A stretch of DNA of 63,473 nucleotides, filler included, from an uncultured Methanosarcinales archaeon (GTDB taxonomy: Archaea; Nanobdellota; Nanobdellia; Woesearchaeales; CAXGTL01), in assembly GCA_964535955.1 (NCBI GenBank). It is 7 parts of 6 records of this genome, joined end to end, with 100 filler letters (N's around TTAATTAATTAA, not from the genome) between each part and the next. Parts side by side here need not be neighbours in the genome. Positions count along the whole stretch, not along the records: positions 3,402 to 11,522 come from CAZHVK010000002.1; positions 11,623 to 17,843 come from CAZHVK010000004.1; positions 17,944 to 22,060 come from CAZHVK010000007.1; 4 more parts are not named here. The stretch is one strand, 5' to 3'. A program made the translations under genes and the position numbers. Below, in pieces: positions 10,901 to 20,647 of the stretch; position 1 is the first letter of the stretch; every line of letters begins with the position of its first letter. Under the pieces are notes generated by a model. It had not been told where the DNA came from. It did not search any database and worked only from the letters and a program-made list of their open reading frames with translations.

Positions 10901-11522
10901 TACCATTCAATGGATGGGTAGTTCATTCAATAGAAATTGATAATGGAATGACTAATGACCATGGTATAAAATCAAGTTATACAATAGATTATTCTGATGG
11001 ACTTTTTGATGACAGTAATGGAGATGAAAAAGAATTCAGAGGCTTTGGTTATGTAGAAGAAACAAAAATAGATGGAAGCAAAATTAAACATTGGTTCCAC
11101 CAAGATAAAAAGAAAAAAGGTTTAGAATACGAAACAAAAATAATGAATGAAAACAATAAATTATTCAAAAAATCAGAAAAACATTTTGTATCTCAAACTA
11201 CAGACCCATATTATGTAGTACAATTAGCTGCTTCAAAAGATTTCACTTATGATGGTGTCAATAATAATCCAACCATAAAACAAGTGGATTTGGACTATGA
11301 TGATTTTGGAAATGTTGTAAAAATTTCTTCGTTAGGAGATAAATCTATTGAGGGTGATGAGAAATATTCATATACTACATACTTGAATGATGTAGACAAA
11401 TGGATAATTGGCAAACCAACAAGAACCTATTTATTGGATTCTGATGATTTAACTAAAATCTCTGAGTCATTTTTCGAGTATGATCAATATGGTGGTTTAA
11501 TCAAATCAGAGTCTTGGTTAAA
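7942..11522 (+). CDS. Large secreted SpvB/TcdB-like (Rhs shell N-terminal) protein with FG-GAP repeats, 3'-truncated
   Basis: Signal peptide; DLFSGSATYSY...LGNAWSL SpvB-like start; DxNxDGxxD repeats; KEFRGFGYVEE TcdB mid-N-like motif; YD repeats before the gap. Confidence 0.85.
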
Positions 11523-11622
11523 NNNNNNNNNNNNNNNNNNNNNNNNNNNNNNNNNNNNNNNNNNNNTTAATTAATTAANNNNNNNNNNNNNNNNNNNNNN
11601 NNNNNNNNNNNNNNNNNNNNNN
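11523..11622. other. Artificial contig spacer
   Basis: N-run with TTAATTAATTAA. Confidence 0.98.
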
Positions 11623-11623
11623 C

Positions 11624-11683
11624 AAGGTTGCTGATGATAATGGTTTTACTGATTCAGAATTGTTAAAGGTGGTGGTTATATGA
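11624..11683 (+). CDS. C-terminal end (KVADDNGFTDSELLKVVVI*) of the gene at 54853-55917(-)
   Basis: 11623-11677 is the exact reverse complement of 54853-54907; its TGA overlaps the ATG at 11680. Confidence 0.85.
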   Translation, partial: KVADDNGFTDSELLKVVVI

Positions 11684-14600
11684 GATCCAGCACACTGAGA
11701 TGGATGATGGTGTTGGTGATGGTTTTGGTAGTTTTGAGTAGTTTTGGTGTGCTGGGTGATGGTGGTTGTGAACCTGAGGATGATATTGACGAAAATGCAA
11801 AAATTAATTTTTATTTAGAAAAAGCTAAAGCAAAAACATGTCAAGATGATATTAGACTTTATTTATTCAAGAACAAACCATTCATTAAAGAAGGTACAAT
11901 AAAACAAAACTTAAGAAACTTATTAGATGAATATTTAAAAGACATTTTAGGAGATAATCCAGAAAAAGGATATAACTCTTTAAATGGGAATACTCCTAAG
12001 TCTGATTATAAAAAAATAGCAAAAAATTATTTCACAGCAATCACAACAGTAGGTGATAAAGTAGATGATAAAAACCAAAAATATTTACAAGGTTATCTTT
12101 TATTTGTATGTAAACAAAAGCTAGGAGATGAAAGAAAAACTGAATTTAAAACAATAGAAATCGAGAAAGGAATAAAAATGTTTGCTAATACCATTGAATT
12201 AATTAATTCTCAAAGACAAACTATAGAAATAACAGAAGACAAATTATTTGAAATTTTAGAATTTGATAGCACTGTTTATGGTTTTAAGATTTTAAACTCT
12301 GATTCCAATAAACCAGACAAAGCTTCAGGTTTAATTGTCTTAAGAAAAGACAAAGAACCTTTAGCATTCTCAAGTGGTTTTGATATTAGCAATGGAAACT
12401 TAGTAATTAAAGGTGGCGATAATGGAGGCACTTACAAAATAGGCAATAATATATATGAAATCCCTAAAGGTTCTAGTATAACTCATAAAAAAAATGGAGA
12501 GGTAACTTCATCAGGAAGTGTTACATTAAACATTGATAATGATGATAAAATAGAAGGTATGTTTACAGCAACATTTGGAAATCATGATGAATTATCTAGT
12601 ATTGTTTGTGCTAATTCCAATTGTAATTATAATAATGGACAAATGTTAGGTGTTTCTTCTTATAATATAGATACTAAGGGAGTTCATGTTACTGGTAAAT
12701 ATTTAAATTTCAATAATAAAGAAACTTATGGAAATAAGAATTCTGGTTCTAATAATCCTGTAATTATATATGATAAAATAGGTGATACAGAAAAAATAAA
12801 TATTAAACCAAAAACTAATGGAAGAAAACAAGATGTTTCTGCACAAGGGCTTTATATTGGTGGTCAAAACTTAGATGTTCTTGAAGGACAATCCTTAACA
12901 GTGACAAGAGTTAAGGGAACTATAAAAGACATAGGTGGAACTGATGTTAGAATAGTTTCACCAGAAGCAATGGGTTATGGAACCACAACAATACGTAAAT
13001 TAGATATCAATGGAAACTGTGAATTAGCTCCTTATAGTGGTTTTGGTCAAACCGGTTTACGAGTTAGGTTAAAAGAACCCCCCAAACTTCTAACAGAAGG
13101 AACAACAGCAATGTATTTAGGTTTAAAAACAACAAGAATAAAAGGTAGTGAAGAGGATGATACAACTGGAATAAAAGACATTGATTTATTTATTTCAAAT
13201 ACTAATAATGTTCCTGTTAATAATATAGAAGGCATTAAAAAATATATGGCTCAAGCAGCCAATGAGAAAAACCCTGTATCAGTTGTTTTTAGAAGTCAAG
13301 ATGGTAAAAAAGTTATGTTAGGTGGTGCAGGATCTAATTCCAAAGTTGAAAAAAGCCAAGGGGGGACTGTTGTAGATTTTTTAAGAGGTGTTTTTTCTGA
13401 TGTGGGAAAATCTGGAACAGGAGTTGAAGATCTTCCTTTAGATGTTCATGATGATAATACTTTTATGTCTGTTGATTTTTCAACAGAAAAAACCCAATTT
13501 AGTGTTTTTTCTAATGACAAAGGAGCAGGAAATGAATTACCTGTTGCTAATTTTGGTAATATTGTTATTAAAAAAACTTCTGGTGGAACATTAAAAATAC
13601 CTTCAGCTACCACATATTTATCATATAATAAAATGCCAGAAGTACTTTTAGTCCAAGGCGAGGATTTTTCTAATAAAGATGATGTTTCTGTTGCACTTTG
13701 CAACTGGAATGAAGATGAAAGAGAATATGGTGTTGATACAACTCAAGGAGCAGCTCAGGAAGCATTAGCAGCATCTGGTTTTAGAAATGCTGAAAAAGCA
13801 AAGGCAGCTGAAAAACCTGCTAGTGGTGGAAGTGCTGTTGCAGGAACTGAAGAAAAATTAGGTGATGCAGAGCCTAAAGCAGCAGCACAAGCTGTCCGGC
13901 CAGCTGAAGATTATGAATTAACTGAAAAACAAGCTTATTATAAACTTAAAGAAGCATTCCCTATTTCAAAATTTAAGGCACCAGCTGATGCAGATACACT
14001 AGCAAAGGTTGAACAAGCATACAAAGATACAATTACAGCATATGCAAATTCTTATGTTGGTTTATCTGAGGAAGAAAAAAAATTTATTACCCCTTCTGCA
14101 TTTATGAATTATTATGTTGCAACAAGACCTGGTTCGAATAATAAAAAAGAACTTGCTTTCAAAGATTCTGTAGAAGCTGGAAAAGCAATCAGGCAACATA
14201 TTCAACAAGCAAAAGCAAAAGCTCAAGCAAAAAAAACTCAAGAAGAATTACAAAGAATAATTGCAGACTTAACTCTGTCTAAAAATAATAAGGCAACTAT
14301 AAGTGCTATAACTCCTACGTTACCAACAGAAGCATTACAAAGATACCAAGCAGCTATAAAAAAAGCACAACAACAAGCAGAAAAAGCAGCACAAGAAAAG
14401 AAAAAGAGATCACCAAAATCATACAGACCATCCACACCAACAGCAGACACCAGACAACAACAACAAGAAAACATCTGGGAAAAAGTAGGTTTAATGTTTT
14501 TGATGAATTCAATGACAAATGACAAAAAAGATAGACCACAATACTATCAACAACCATCATCACAAACAACAATCATAACAACAGCAGCAAGAATAGAAGA

Positions 14601-15057
14601 TAATCAAAAGAAAGCACAAGGCCTTAGCCAAAAACTAATTGATAATTCAATCTATTTTAGAGTACCAAGATCAAAATTCACAACATTAAGAAGAACAATA
14701 ACACAAATAAAACACAAACCAATAAGGATTGCTAATTTTGACAAGACACAGATGAGATTAACTCTGAACTTTAGAAAATCAACACAAAAACAAGAAATAA
14801 CAATCTCAGCAGCACAATTTGATGAATTTACAAAACAAGGAATCTTTGTACCAGACCTGAAAAAAGAAGAAAAAAGACCAGCAGAAGAACCTACTGAGAC
14901 AGAACCAACAGAAGGTGAAGCAGAAGACGAAGGAGAACTAGCAACAGAAGGTGAAGCAGAAGGTGAAGGTGAACAACCATCAGAAGCAGAAGCAGAAGGC
15001 GAAGGTGAACAACCATCAGAAGCAGAAGCAGAAGGCGAAGCAGAAGCAACAACCTAA
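11680..15057 (+). CDS. Large secreted/surface hypothetical protein with acidic repeat tail
   Basis: 1125-aa ORF, N-terminal signal peptide, beta-rich middle, Ala/Gln/Lys-rich helical region, EGE-rich C-terminus. Confidence 0.8.
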   Translation: MRSSTLRWMMVLVMVLVVLSSFGVLGDGGCEPEDDIDENAKINFYLEKAKAKTCQDDIRLYLFKNKPFIKEGTIKQNLRNLLDEYLKDILGDNPEKGYNSLNGNTPKSDYKKIAKNYFTAITTVGDKVDDKNQKYLQGYLLFVCKQKLGDERKTEFKTIEIEKGIKMFANTIELINSQRQTIEITEDKLFEILEFDSTVYGFKILNSDSNKPDKASGLIVLRKDKEPLAFSSGFDISNGNLVIKGGDNGGTYKIGNNIYEIPKGSSITHKKNGEVTSSGSVTLNIDNDDKIEGMFTATFGNHDELSSIVCANSNCNYNNGQMLGVSSYNIDTKGVHVTGKYLNFNNKETYGNKNSGSNNPVIIYDKIGDTEKINIKPKTNGRKQDVSAQGLYIGGQNLDVLEGQSLTVTRVKGTIKDIGGTDVRIVSPEAMGYGTTTIRKLDINGNCELAPYSGFGQTGLRVRLKEPPKLLTEGTTAMYLGLKTTRIKGSEEDDTTGIKDIDLFISNTNNVPVNNIEGIKKYMAQAANEKNPVSVVFRSQDGKKVMLGGAGSNSKVEKSQGGTVVDFLRGVFSDVGKSGTGVEDLPLDVHDDNTFMSVDFSTEKTQFSVFSNDKGAGNELPVANFGNIVIKKTSGGTLKIPSATTYLSYNKMPEVLLVQGEDFSNKDDVSVALCNWNEDEREYGVDTTQGAAQEALAASGFRNAEKAKAAEKPASGGSAVAGTEEKLGDAEPKAAAQAVRPAEDYELTEKQAYYKLKEAFPISKFKAPADADTLAKVEQAYKDTITAYANSYVGLSEEEKKFITPSAFMNYYVATRPGSNNKKELAFKDSVEAGKAIRQHIQQAKAKAQAKKTQEELQRIIADLTLSKNNKATISAITPTLPTEALQRYQAAIKKAQQQAEKAAQEKKKRSPKSYRPSTPTADTRQQQQENIWEKVGLMFLMNSMTNDKKDRPQYYQQPSSQTTIITTAARIEDNQKKAQGLSQKLIDNSIYFRVPRSKFTTLRRTITQIKHKPIRIANFDKTQMRLTLNFRKSTQKQEITISAAQFDEFTKQGIFVPDLKKEEKRPAEEPTETEPTEGEAEDEGELATEGEAEGEGEQPSEAEAEGEGEQPSEAEAEGEAEATT
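14953..15040 (+). repeat. 36-nt coding tandem repeat (EAEGEGEQPSEA, ~2.4 copies)
   Basis: Directly visible in DNA and translation. Confidence 0.85.
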
Positions 15058-15098
15058 TTCTAACAAACTTTATAAACAAACACAACCAACCTTAATCA

Positions 15099-15677
15099 AT
15101 GAAATTCATTATAGAACATATGGAAAAAGAAATCTATGAATGGTGTTTGCTAGAATATACACACATCTCTAAAATAGTAAAAAAAGAAAACCTAATCTTT
15201 ACAAATGTTAAGAAAGATAAACACAAACTAGAACAACTCGGCAAGGTTTATGAAAAAAGCATTTCAAAGATGATTAAAGACTTTGGCGACAATATCTGTT
15301 TATTAGACATGGATGCAAAACAAACATTAAAGACAAAAGACAAACACAATTTCCAATACTTCTTATTTGGTGGCATCTTAGGCGACAATCCAAGAAAACA
15401 CAGAACACAAACACTAAAAAGCCAAGTCAAGACTCCAACAAGAAACTTAGGCGAGATACAGATGTCAACAGACACAGCTGTTTATGTAACAAAACAAATC
15501 TTAGATGGAAACAAACTAACAGACTTAAGATATGCAGATGAAGTAGAGATAATTCTAGAAGGGGACCAAAATGAAGGAGAATCAGTCATCTTACCATTCA
15601 GATATGTAATAGAAAACAACAAAGTAGTCTTACCAGATGGATTCATAGAATACTTAAAAAAAAAGAAAACAATTTAG
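15099..15677 (+). CDS. SPOUT-class SAM-dependent methyltransferase (Sfm1/DUF431-like)
   Basis: IIEHME..W..LEY, FGGILGD.P, RNLG..QMSTDTAV, LPFRYV motifs. Confidence 0.85.
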   Translation: MKFIIEHMEKEIYEWCLLEYTHISKIVKKENLIFTNVKKDKHKLEQLGKVYEKSISKMIKDFGDNICLLDMDAKQTLKTKDKHNFQYFLFGGILGDNPRKHRTQTLKSQVKTPTRNLGEIQMSTDTAVYVTKQILDGNKLTDLRYADEVEIILEGDQNEGESVILPFRYVIENNKVVLPDGFIEYLKKKKTI

Positions 15678-16474
15678 GATTTCATTATCCTAAACTTGTC
15701 ACCAACTTTCTCAAACTCATACCTGCTAAGATCACACTTAGTCTGCCTCATCTTAACAATACGCAAACTTCTTACAATCTTTCCAGCTTTCTCCATCCTA
15801 GAAACATGGATAATAGCATCAGACAAAAAGTCTTCAACATTAAACTCACCAAAATCATTATCCCCGTGCATTTCAGATATTAAAAAAGTTGTTATAGCTC
15901 GTTCACGAAAAAACTCAAACAAATTATACAACTCTGTCCTAGGATGATCCATCTTAGCAAGTGAATATAGAGCAGCCAGAGAATCCAAGACAAGCACTTT
16001 ACACTCTTCTGTCTCATCAATCTTTAGAGTCAGATTAATCAAAGCATTCATCCAATTTTCATTAGGAGAAGTACGCTGCACATCACCTAACTGTTTACGG
16101 ATTGCTCCTACATCAGTAACAATCAACACACCTTCATCAGTTGCTAACATTGTTTGAATTGCTTCATCTAGTTTACCAATATCAGACAAGATAACCAAAT
16201 TAATCTTACTAATATCATATCCTAGAGCCACTAAATGATTAAGCAATGAAGTAGAAGACTGTTCCAAAGATATATACATACCATTAGAATTATTATTCAA
16301 CACTTCATGATACAATGTGTTAAACGCAAGTGACGACTTCATTGTACCTGATTTTCCAGCCATCAGAGTAACAGTTGACTCAGGAAATCCTCCTTCTGTT
16401 ATTTCATCAAACCCTTCTATTCCAGACTTTATTCTTTTTATTTCTTTTTTATCTTTTATTAATGCTTTTGGCAT
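15674..16474 (-). CDS. KaiC/RAD55-like RecA-superfamily ATPase
   Basis: SGIEGFD..GG.P, variant Walker A GKSGTMKS, LVLDS, IVKMR motifs. Confidence 0.88.
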   Translation of the reverse strand: MPKALIKDKKEIKRIKSGIEGFDEITEGGFPESTVTLMAGKSGTMKSSLAFNTLYHEVLNNNSNGMYISLEQSSTSLLNHLVALGYDISKINLVILSDIGKLDEAIQTMLATDEGVLIVTDVGAIRKQLGDVQRTSPNENWMNALINLTLKIDETEECKVLVLDSLAALYSLAKMDHPRTELYNLFEFFRERAITTFLISEMHGDNDFGEFNVEDFLSDAIIHVSRMEKAGKIVRSLRIVKMRQTKCDLSRYEFEKVGDKFRIMKS

Positions 16475-16583
16475 ATTTAATCACCTCTTTGTTTATTTAA
16501 TTATGATCCCTCCTTCCAAACCCCCGACCACCCACCCCTGTTCTTCTAAGGGACTTATGATCTATGAGATTTTCTGTGGAAAG

Positions 16584-17837
16584 TTATTCATCTGAATGAA
16601 CAAAACATTTAACCAAACCTTTTTTACCACATACAATTATATCTTTTTCATCTTTACTAACATCCATCAAACCAATACCAGTTATAGTTGTTTCTGTATT
16701 ATATTTCCAGATTTTTTTACCTCTTAACTTACCAGCTGGCTTTGTCATTGCACCATAATCATTATTTTGTTTAACCAGTCCAAACATCCCTGGCATAAAT
16801 TCTAGGATAAAAGAAGGTTTAGCATCTAATATATATAAAGATTTGTCATATGATCCAACAATCACTTCTTTTCGATTATCATTATCAATATCAGCTAATT
16901 TTATTTCAGCACCTACCCAAAAATCTGTTTCAAACCTCCAGATCTTTTGAGTAATACCAGACAAAGCATACACATTATCATCACAACTACCAACAAAGAT
17001 TTCACATTCACCATCATCATCAATATCATGCACAGTTGGTTTTGATATGATTTGTGCTTTTGTCTTGAACTTGCTCACAACAACTCCCTCTTCATTAAGT
17101 ACATAAAGATGATGGTCAGTTGATGTAACCAATATATACAATTTTTTATCTTTGTGTATAGCAGAAACAACAGGCTGTGTAACTATTTTATTCCCTGTCT
17201 TATATTTCCATTTTTGATTACCTTTTTCATCTATTGAATATACATAGCCGTCATTACATCCAAATATCACATGAATATTTTTATTTTCTCTGTACACAAC
17301 AGGTGCAGACTCTATTGCATCTTGCGCATGAAACTTTAAAACAACCTTTCCATTATGATCAAGAATGTATAAATGTTTATCCATTGAACCAAACATAATT
17401 TCTTTTTTCTTATCGCCTAATATGTGTTCAGCAATCACAGAATTTCGTATTGCTCCTCCTGTCTTAAATGTCCATTTTAATTTTCCATCATGTGTCATAC
17501 AATACACATTTCCACTTTCTGTTCCAAACACAATCTCCATTTTTCCATCATTATCAATATCTTCAACAACAGGCTTGCCATATATAGAATTAACAGTTCC
17601 TCTTTTTCTGAACAATTCCTGAACTTTATCTAATTTAATACCAGCTTTATAATGCCACAATGGTTTACCTTCATTATTAAGAACATACAAAGTACCATCT
17701 TTAGTACCAAATATTATTTCTTGTTTACCATCTTTATTAATATCACATATACAAGGATCAATAAAAATACCAGACTTAGCATCAAACTCCCATTTTAATT
17801 TAATCCTGCCTGTCTTTTTACCAAGAAACTTCTTCAT
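16584..17837 (-). CDS. FG-GAP/PQQ-like beta-propeller repeat protein
   Basis: Repeated DI[DN]xDGxxEI.FG..DG.Y....G...W.F/Y units. Confidence 0.85.
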   Translation of the reverse strand: MKKFLGKKTGRIKLKWEFDAKSGIFIDPCICDINKDGKQEIIFGTKDGTLYVLNNEGKPLWHYKAGIKLDKVQELFRKRGTVNSIYGKPVVEDIDNDGKMEIVFGTESGNVYCMTHDGKLKWTFKTGGAIRNSVIAEHILGDKKKEIMFGSMDKHLYILDHNGKVVLKFHAQDAIESAPVVYRENKNIHVIFGCNDGYVYSIDEKGNQKWKYKTGNKIVTQPVVSAIHKDKKLYILVTSTDHHLYVLNEEGVVVSKFKTKAQIISKPTVHDIDDDGECEIFVGSCDDNVYALSGITQKIWRFETDFWVGAEIKLADIDNDNRKEVIVGSYDKSLYILDAKPSFILEFMPGMFGLVKQNNDYGAMTKPAGKLRGKKIWKYNTETTITGIGLMDVSKDEKDIIVCGKKGLVKCFVHSDE

Positions 17838-17843
17838 AATTGT

Positions 17844-17943
17844 NNNNNNNNNNNNNNNNNNNNNNNNNNNNNNNNNNNNNNNNNNNNTTAATTAATTAAN
17901 NNNNNNNNNNNNNNNNNNNNNNNNNNNNNNNNNNNNNNNNNNN
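17844..17943. other. Artificial contig spacer
   Basis: N-run with TTAATTAATTAA. Confidence 0.98.
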
Positions 17944-18241
17944 TAACCCCTTATAAACTTAAAACCCCAGTTTTAATGTTTATAGGGATTATACTTGTAT
18001 AATCCCAAACTCTATTAGGGGTTATGGATGATTTTAATGAATTTTGGGTTTAGAGGGGCTGAATTAAGGGGATTATATGTTTTATGATGTTAAACTGCTA
18101 ATTAATTAACCTTGATTTTAAATTTGGGAGAGAGTAGGCGAAGCTACGAATAAGACTGCCAAAGAAAGTAATAAAAGGAATCCAAGAAAATAGAAAACCT
18201 TATATATGAGTATTACCTCAGGTAGTATTAAGGTGGTATAA

Positions 18242-18529
18242 ATGGAATTTAAGAAAATAACAATATCTTTACCAAAAAGCTTGTATAAAGAAGGAATGAA
18301 CCTAGTTAATAGGGGTTTATTTTCTAATTTTAGTGATCTTGTTAGAAGTGGAATTAGAGAAGAATTCAAAGAATTAAGACCCATAATAAGAGATTTTGAT
18401 GAAAGATTTATTTATAGTGATAAGAAATTAATTGCTGGAGTAAAGCAAAGTATGAAAGAAGCTAAAGCTGGAAAAGGCAAGATTTTAAAGTCTGATAAAG
18501 AAATGGATAAGTATTTTGAGGAATTATAA
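18242..18529 (+). CDS. Ribbon-helix-helix (CopG-like) antitoxin
   Basis: KITISLP...G.FSNFSDLVR.GIR RHH pattern; directly upstream of a RelE-like toxin. Confidence 0.8.
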   Translation: MEFKKITISLPKSLYKEGMNLVNRGLFSNFSDLVRSGIREEFKELRPIIRDFDERFIYSDKKLIAGVKQSMKEAKAGKGKILKSDKEMDKYFEEL

Positions 18530-18531
18530 AA

Positions 18532-18786
18532 ATGGAGTATAGGATAAAGTTTACTCCATTTTTTGAGAAGCAGTTAAAGAAATTAAAAAAGAAAGATAGA
18601 GTTATGTTTAGAAGATTAACAAATAAACTAAAAGAAATAAGACATAATCCTGAACATTATAAACCATTAGGTAATGTGTTAAAAGGTAATAGACGAGCAC
18701 ATGTTGGTTCATTTATAATTGTTTTTGATATCAAAGGAGATCTGATTACAGTATATTATTTTAAACATCATGATTATGCATATTGA
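18532..18786 (+). CDS. RelE/ParE-family toxin
   Basis: Y.I.FT..F.KQLKKL, NPEHYKPL, RRAHVG, HHD.AY. Confidence 0.85.
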   Translation: MEYRIKFTPFFEKQLKKLKKKDRVMFRRLTNKLKEIRHNPEHYKPLGNVLKGNRRAHVGSFIIVFDIKGDLITVYYFKHHDYAY

Positions 18787-18849
18787 TTTTCTGGGGTTCC
18801 AACTGAATTAATTAACCCTTTTTACAATTTTTTTATAAATTTAGTTAAT

Positions 18850-19125
18850 TTATTTAACTATTTTAATGAATTTAGACTTCCTGGGCTTTCTCTTGGCTTT
18901 TTTGCTTTTTTTGGCTTTTCCTGGGTGGTGGTCTGATAATAATTTTTCAATATCTTTATCTCTTTCACGCATCATATGAATCAGATCATTGAATTCTCTG
19001 TCCAGAATCATATTTTTGAACCAAAGATCTCTTCTGGCATTCACAATAAATTTCATTGTTCTGTGAAGCCTTAATATTAATAAAAAATCTGTACCTAACA
19101 ATTCCATTATTTTTTCTTTATTCAT
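18850..19125 (-). CDS. Hypothetical basic protein
   Basis: 91-aa ORF preceded by GAGGTG RBS. Confidence 0.6.
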   Translation of the reverse strand: MNKEKIMELLGTDFLLILRLHRTMKFIVNARRDLWFKNMILDREFNDLIHMMRERDKDIEKLLSDHHPGKAKKSKKAKRKPRKSKFIKIVK

Positions 19126-19192
19126 ATTTATTCACCTCGAATGATTTTACACTACCTAATGAAGGTTTTATGATTATTATTTTGTATTGTAA

Positions 19193-19307
19193 AGTGTTTG
19201 ATGGTGTCTGTAAGACCAGTGAGAACACAGATTATTCGTTAGACGATCAGGGCTTTCCATGTGATTCTACTGAAAATTGGAAAGTTCGAACGAACCATTC
19301 AAACACT
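19193..19307 (+). repeat. Family A element, copy 3
   Basis: agtgtttgatggt-gtctGTAagac-caGTGAgaac...agggctttcca..tggaaag-ttcGAACga-accattcaaacact; outer stem compensated relative to copy 1. Confidence 0.85.
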
Positions 19308-19425
19308 AATGGAAAGGATTAACAAGAAAAACTGATAAAAAAAAGAATCATAAAGAGGCGATTAGAATAAAGTGCAAAAAGATAGTAAAGTTAATAGATT
19401 TTTATTATATATGACATTTCTGGGA

Positions 19426-19539
19426 CACTGGACATTTGAAAAAAGGGTGTCCAGTGACTTTAAATGCTTGATTTTAGTAGGCAGAAGGTCTGTTCTCATT
19501 CTCACTGGTCACTGGACACGTGCGTGTGAAACTTATAAA
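19426..19539 (+). repeat. Family C 114-bp element with three CACTGGACA-type motifs and a terminal BRE/TATA-like AAACTTATAAA
   Basis: Gap-free similarity to 60262-60375 on the minus strand. Confidence 0.8.
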
Positions 19540-19561
19540 GGAGAATTACTATTGTATATAT

Positions 19562-20647
19562 ATGGCACAAAAAAAAGAAAAAGGCTATAATGTCCTTGTC
19601 AAAGACATTGGAAGTATATTAGAACAAGGAAGGAAACAAGCTTATATTGCTGTTAACCAGATTCTTGTTAAAACATACTGGGAAATTGGTAGACAGATTA
19701 TTGAATATGAGCAAAAAGGTGCTAAAAGGGCAGATTTCGGATCAAAACTCTTGAAAAAGCTTTCCAAGGATTTTAAATTCAAGTATGGAAAAGGATTTAG
19801 TAGAAGTAATTTACAATATATGAGGCTTTTTTATCTTAAATATTCAAAATGCCAGACAGTGTCTGGCAAATTGACTAACAATAATGAATACCCAAAATTC
19901 CAGACAGTGTCTGGAAAATTGAGCTGGAGTCATTATGTTAGACTTTTAATGATTGATGATGATTTAGAAAGATCATTTTACGAAAAACAATGTATAAATG
20001 AAAATTGGTCAATTAGAGAATTAAAAAGACAGAAAAATTCTGGATTATTTTATAGAATTGCTTTAAGTAAAAATAAAAAAGGAGTATTAGAATTATCTAA
20101 AAAAGGACAAATTATAAAACAAGCTAAAGATATAATTAAAGAACCATATATCCTAGAATTTTTAAATATAGCAGAAAATTATAAACTTTCTGAAAAAGAA
20201 TTAGAACAAAAAATAATTGATAATTTGCATAAATTTTTGTTAGAATTAGGCAAAGGATTTACATTTGTATCAAGACAATTTAGAATAACATTAGGAAATA
20301 AACATTTTTATGTTGATTTAGTTTTTTATCATAGAATATTAAAATGTTTTGTTCTTATTGATTTGAAGATTGGCAAAGTTAATCATGGTGATGTTGGGCA
20401 AATGAATATGTATCTTAATTATTTTAAAGCAGAAGAAGATTCTCAAAAAGATAATGAACCAATAGGTATTATTTTATCTGCTGAAAAGGATCATATTGAA
20501 ATTAAATATGCTTTAGGTGGAATTTCCAATAAATTATTTGTTTCTAAATACAAATTATATCTTCCTAGTAAAAAAGAACTAGAAAATGAATTGATAAAAG
20601 AAAGACAATTTATTGAATTGAAAGGCGATCAAAAATGCAACCTTTAG
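19562..20647 (+). CDS. DUF1016/YhcG family PD-(D/E)XK nuclease
   Basis: YWEIG, GFSRSNL..MR.FY, LSWSHY, K.PYILEFL, LELGKGF.FV.RQ, YVDLVFYH, IDLK, GQMNMYLNY. Confidence 0.95.
   Translation: MAQKKEKGYNVLVKDIGSILEQGRKQAYIAVNQILVKTYWEIGRQIIEYEQKGAKRADFGSKLLKKLSKDFKFKYGKGFSRSNLQYMRLFYLKYSKCQTVSGKLTNNNEYPKFQTVSGKLSWSHYVRLLMIDDDLERSFYEKQCINENWSIRELKRQKNSGLFYRIALSKNKKGVLELSKKGQIIKQAKDIIKEPYILEFLNIAENYKLSEKELEQKIIDNLHKFLLELGKGFTFVSRQFRITLGNKHFYVDLVFYHRILKCFVLIDLKIGKVNHGDVGQMNMYLNYFKAEEDSQKDNEPIGIILSAEKDHIEIKYALGGISNKLFVSKYKLYLPSKKELENELIKERQFIELKGDQKCNL

Noticed and set aside
17944..18080. Short GGGRTTAT/ATAATCCC-like repeats at a contig start
   Set aside because: Degenerate and truncated by the contig edge; no structure or function can be supported.
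19193..19307. Family A as a tRNA or 5S rRNA remnant (CTGTAA, GTTCGAA)
   Set aside because: No cloverleaf or 5S helix pattern; GTTC varies to GTGT, GTAC or GCC in other copies.
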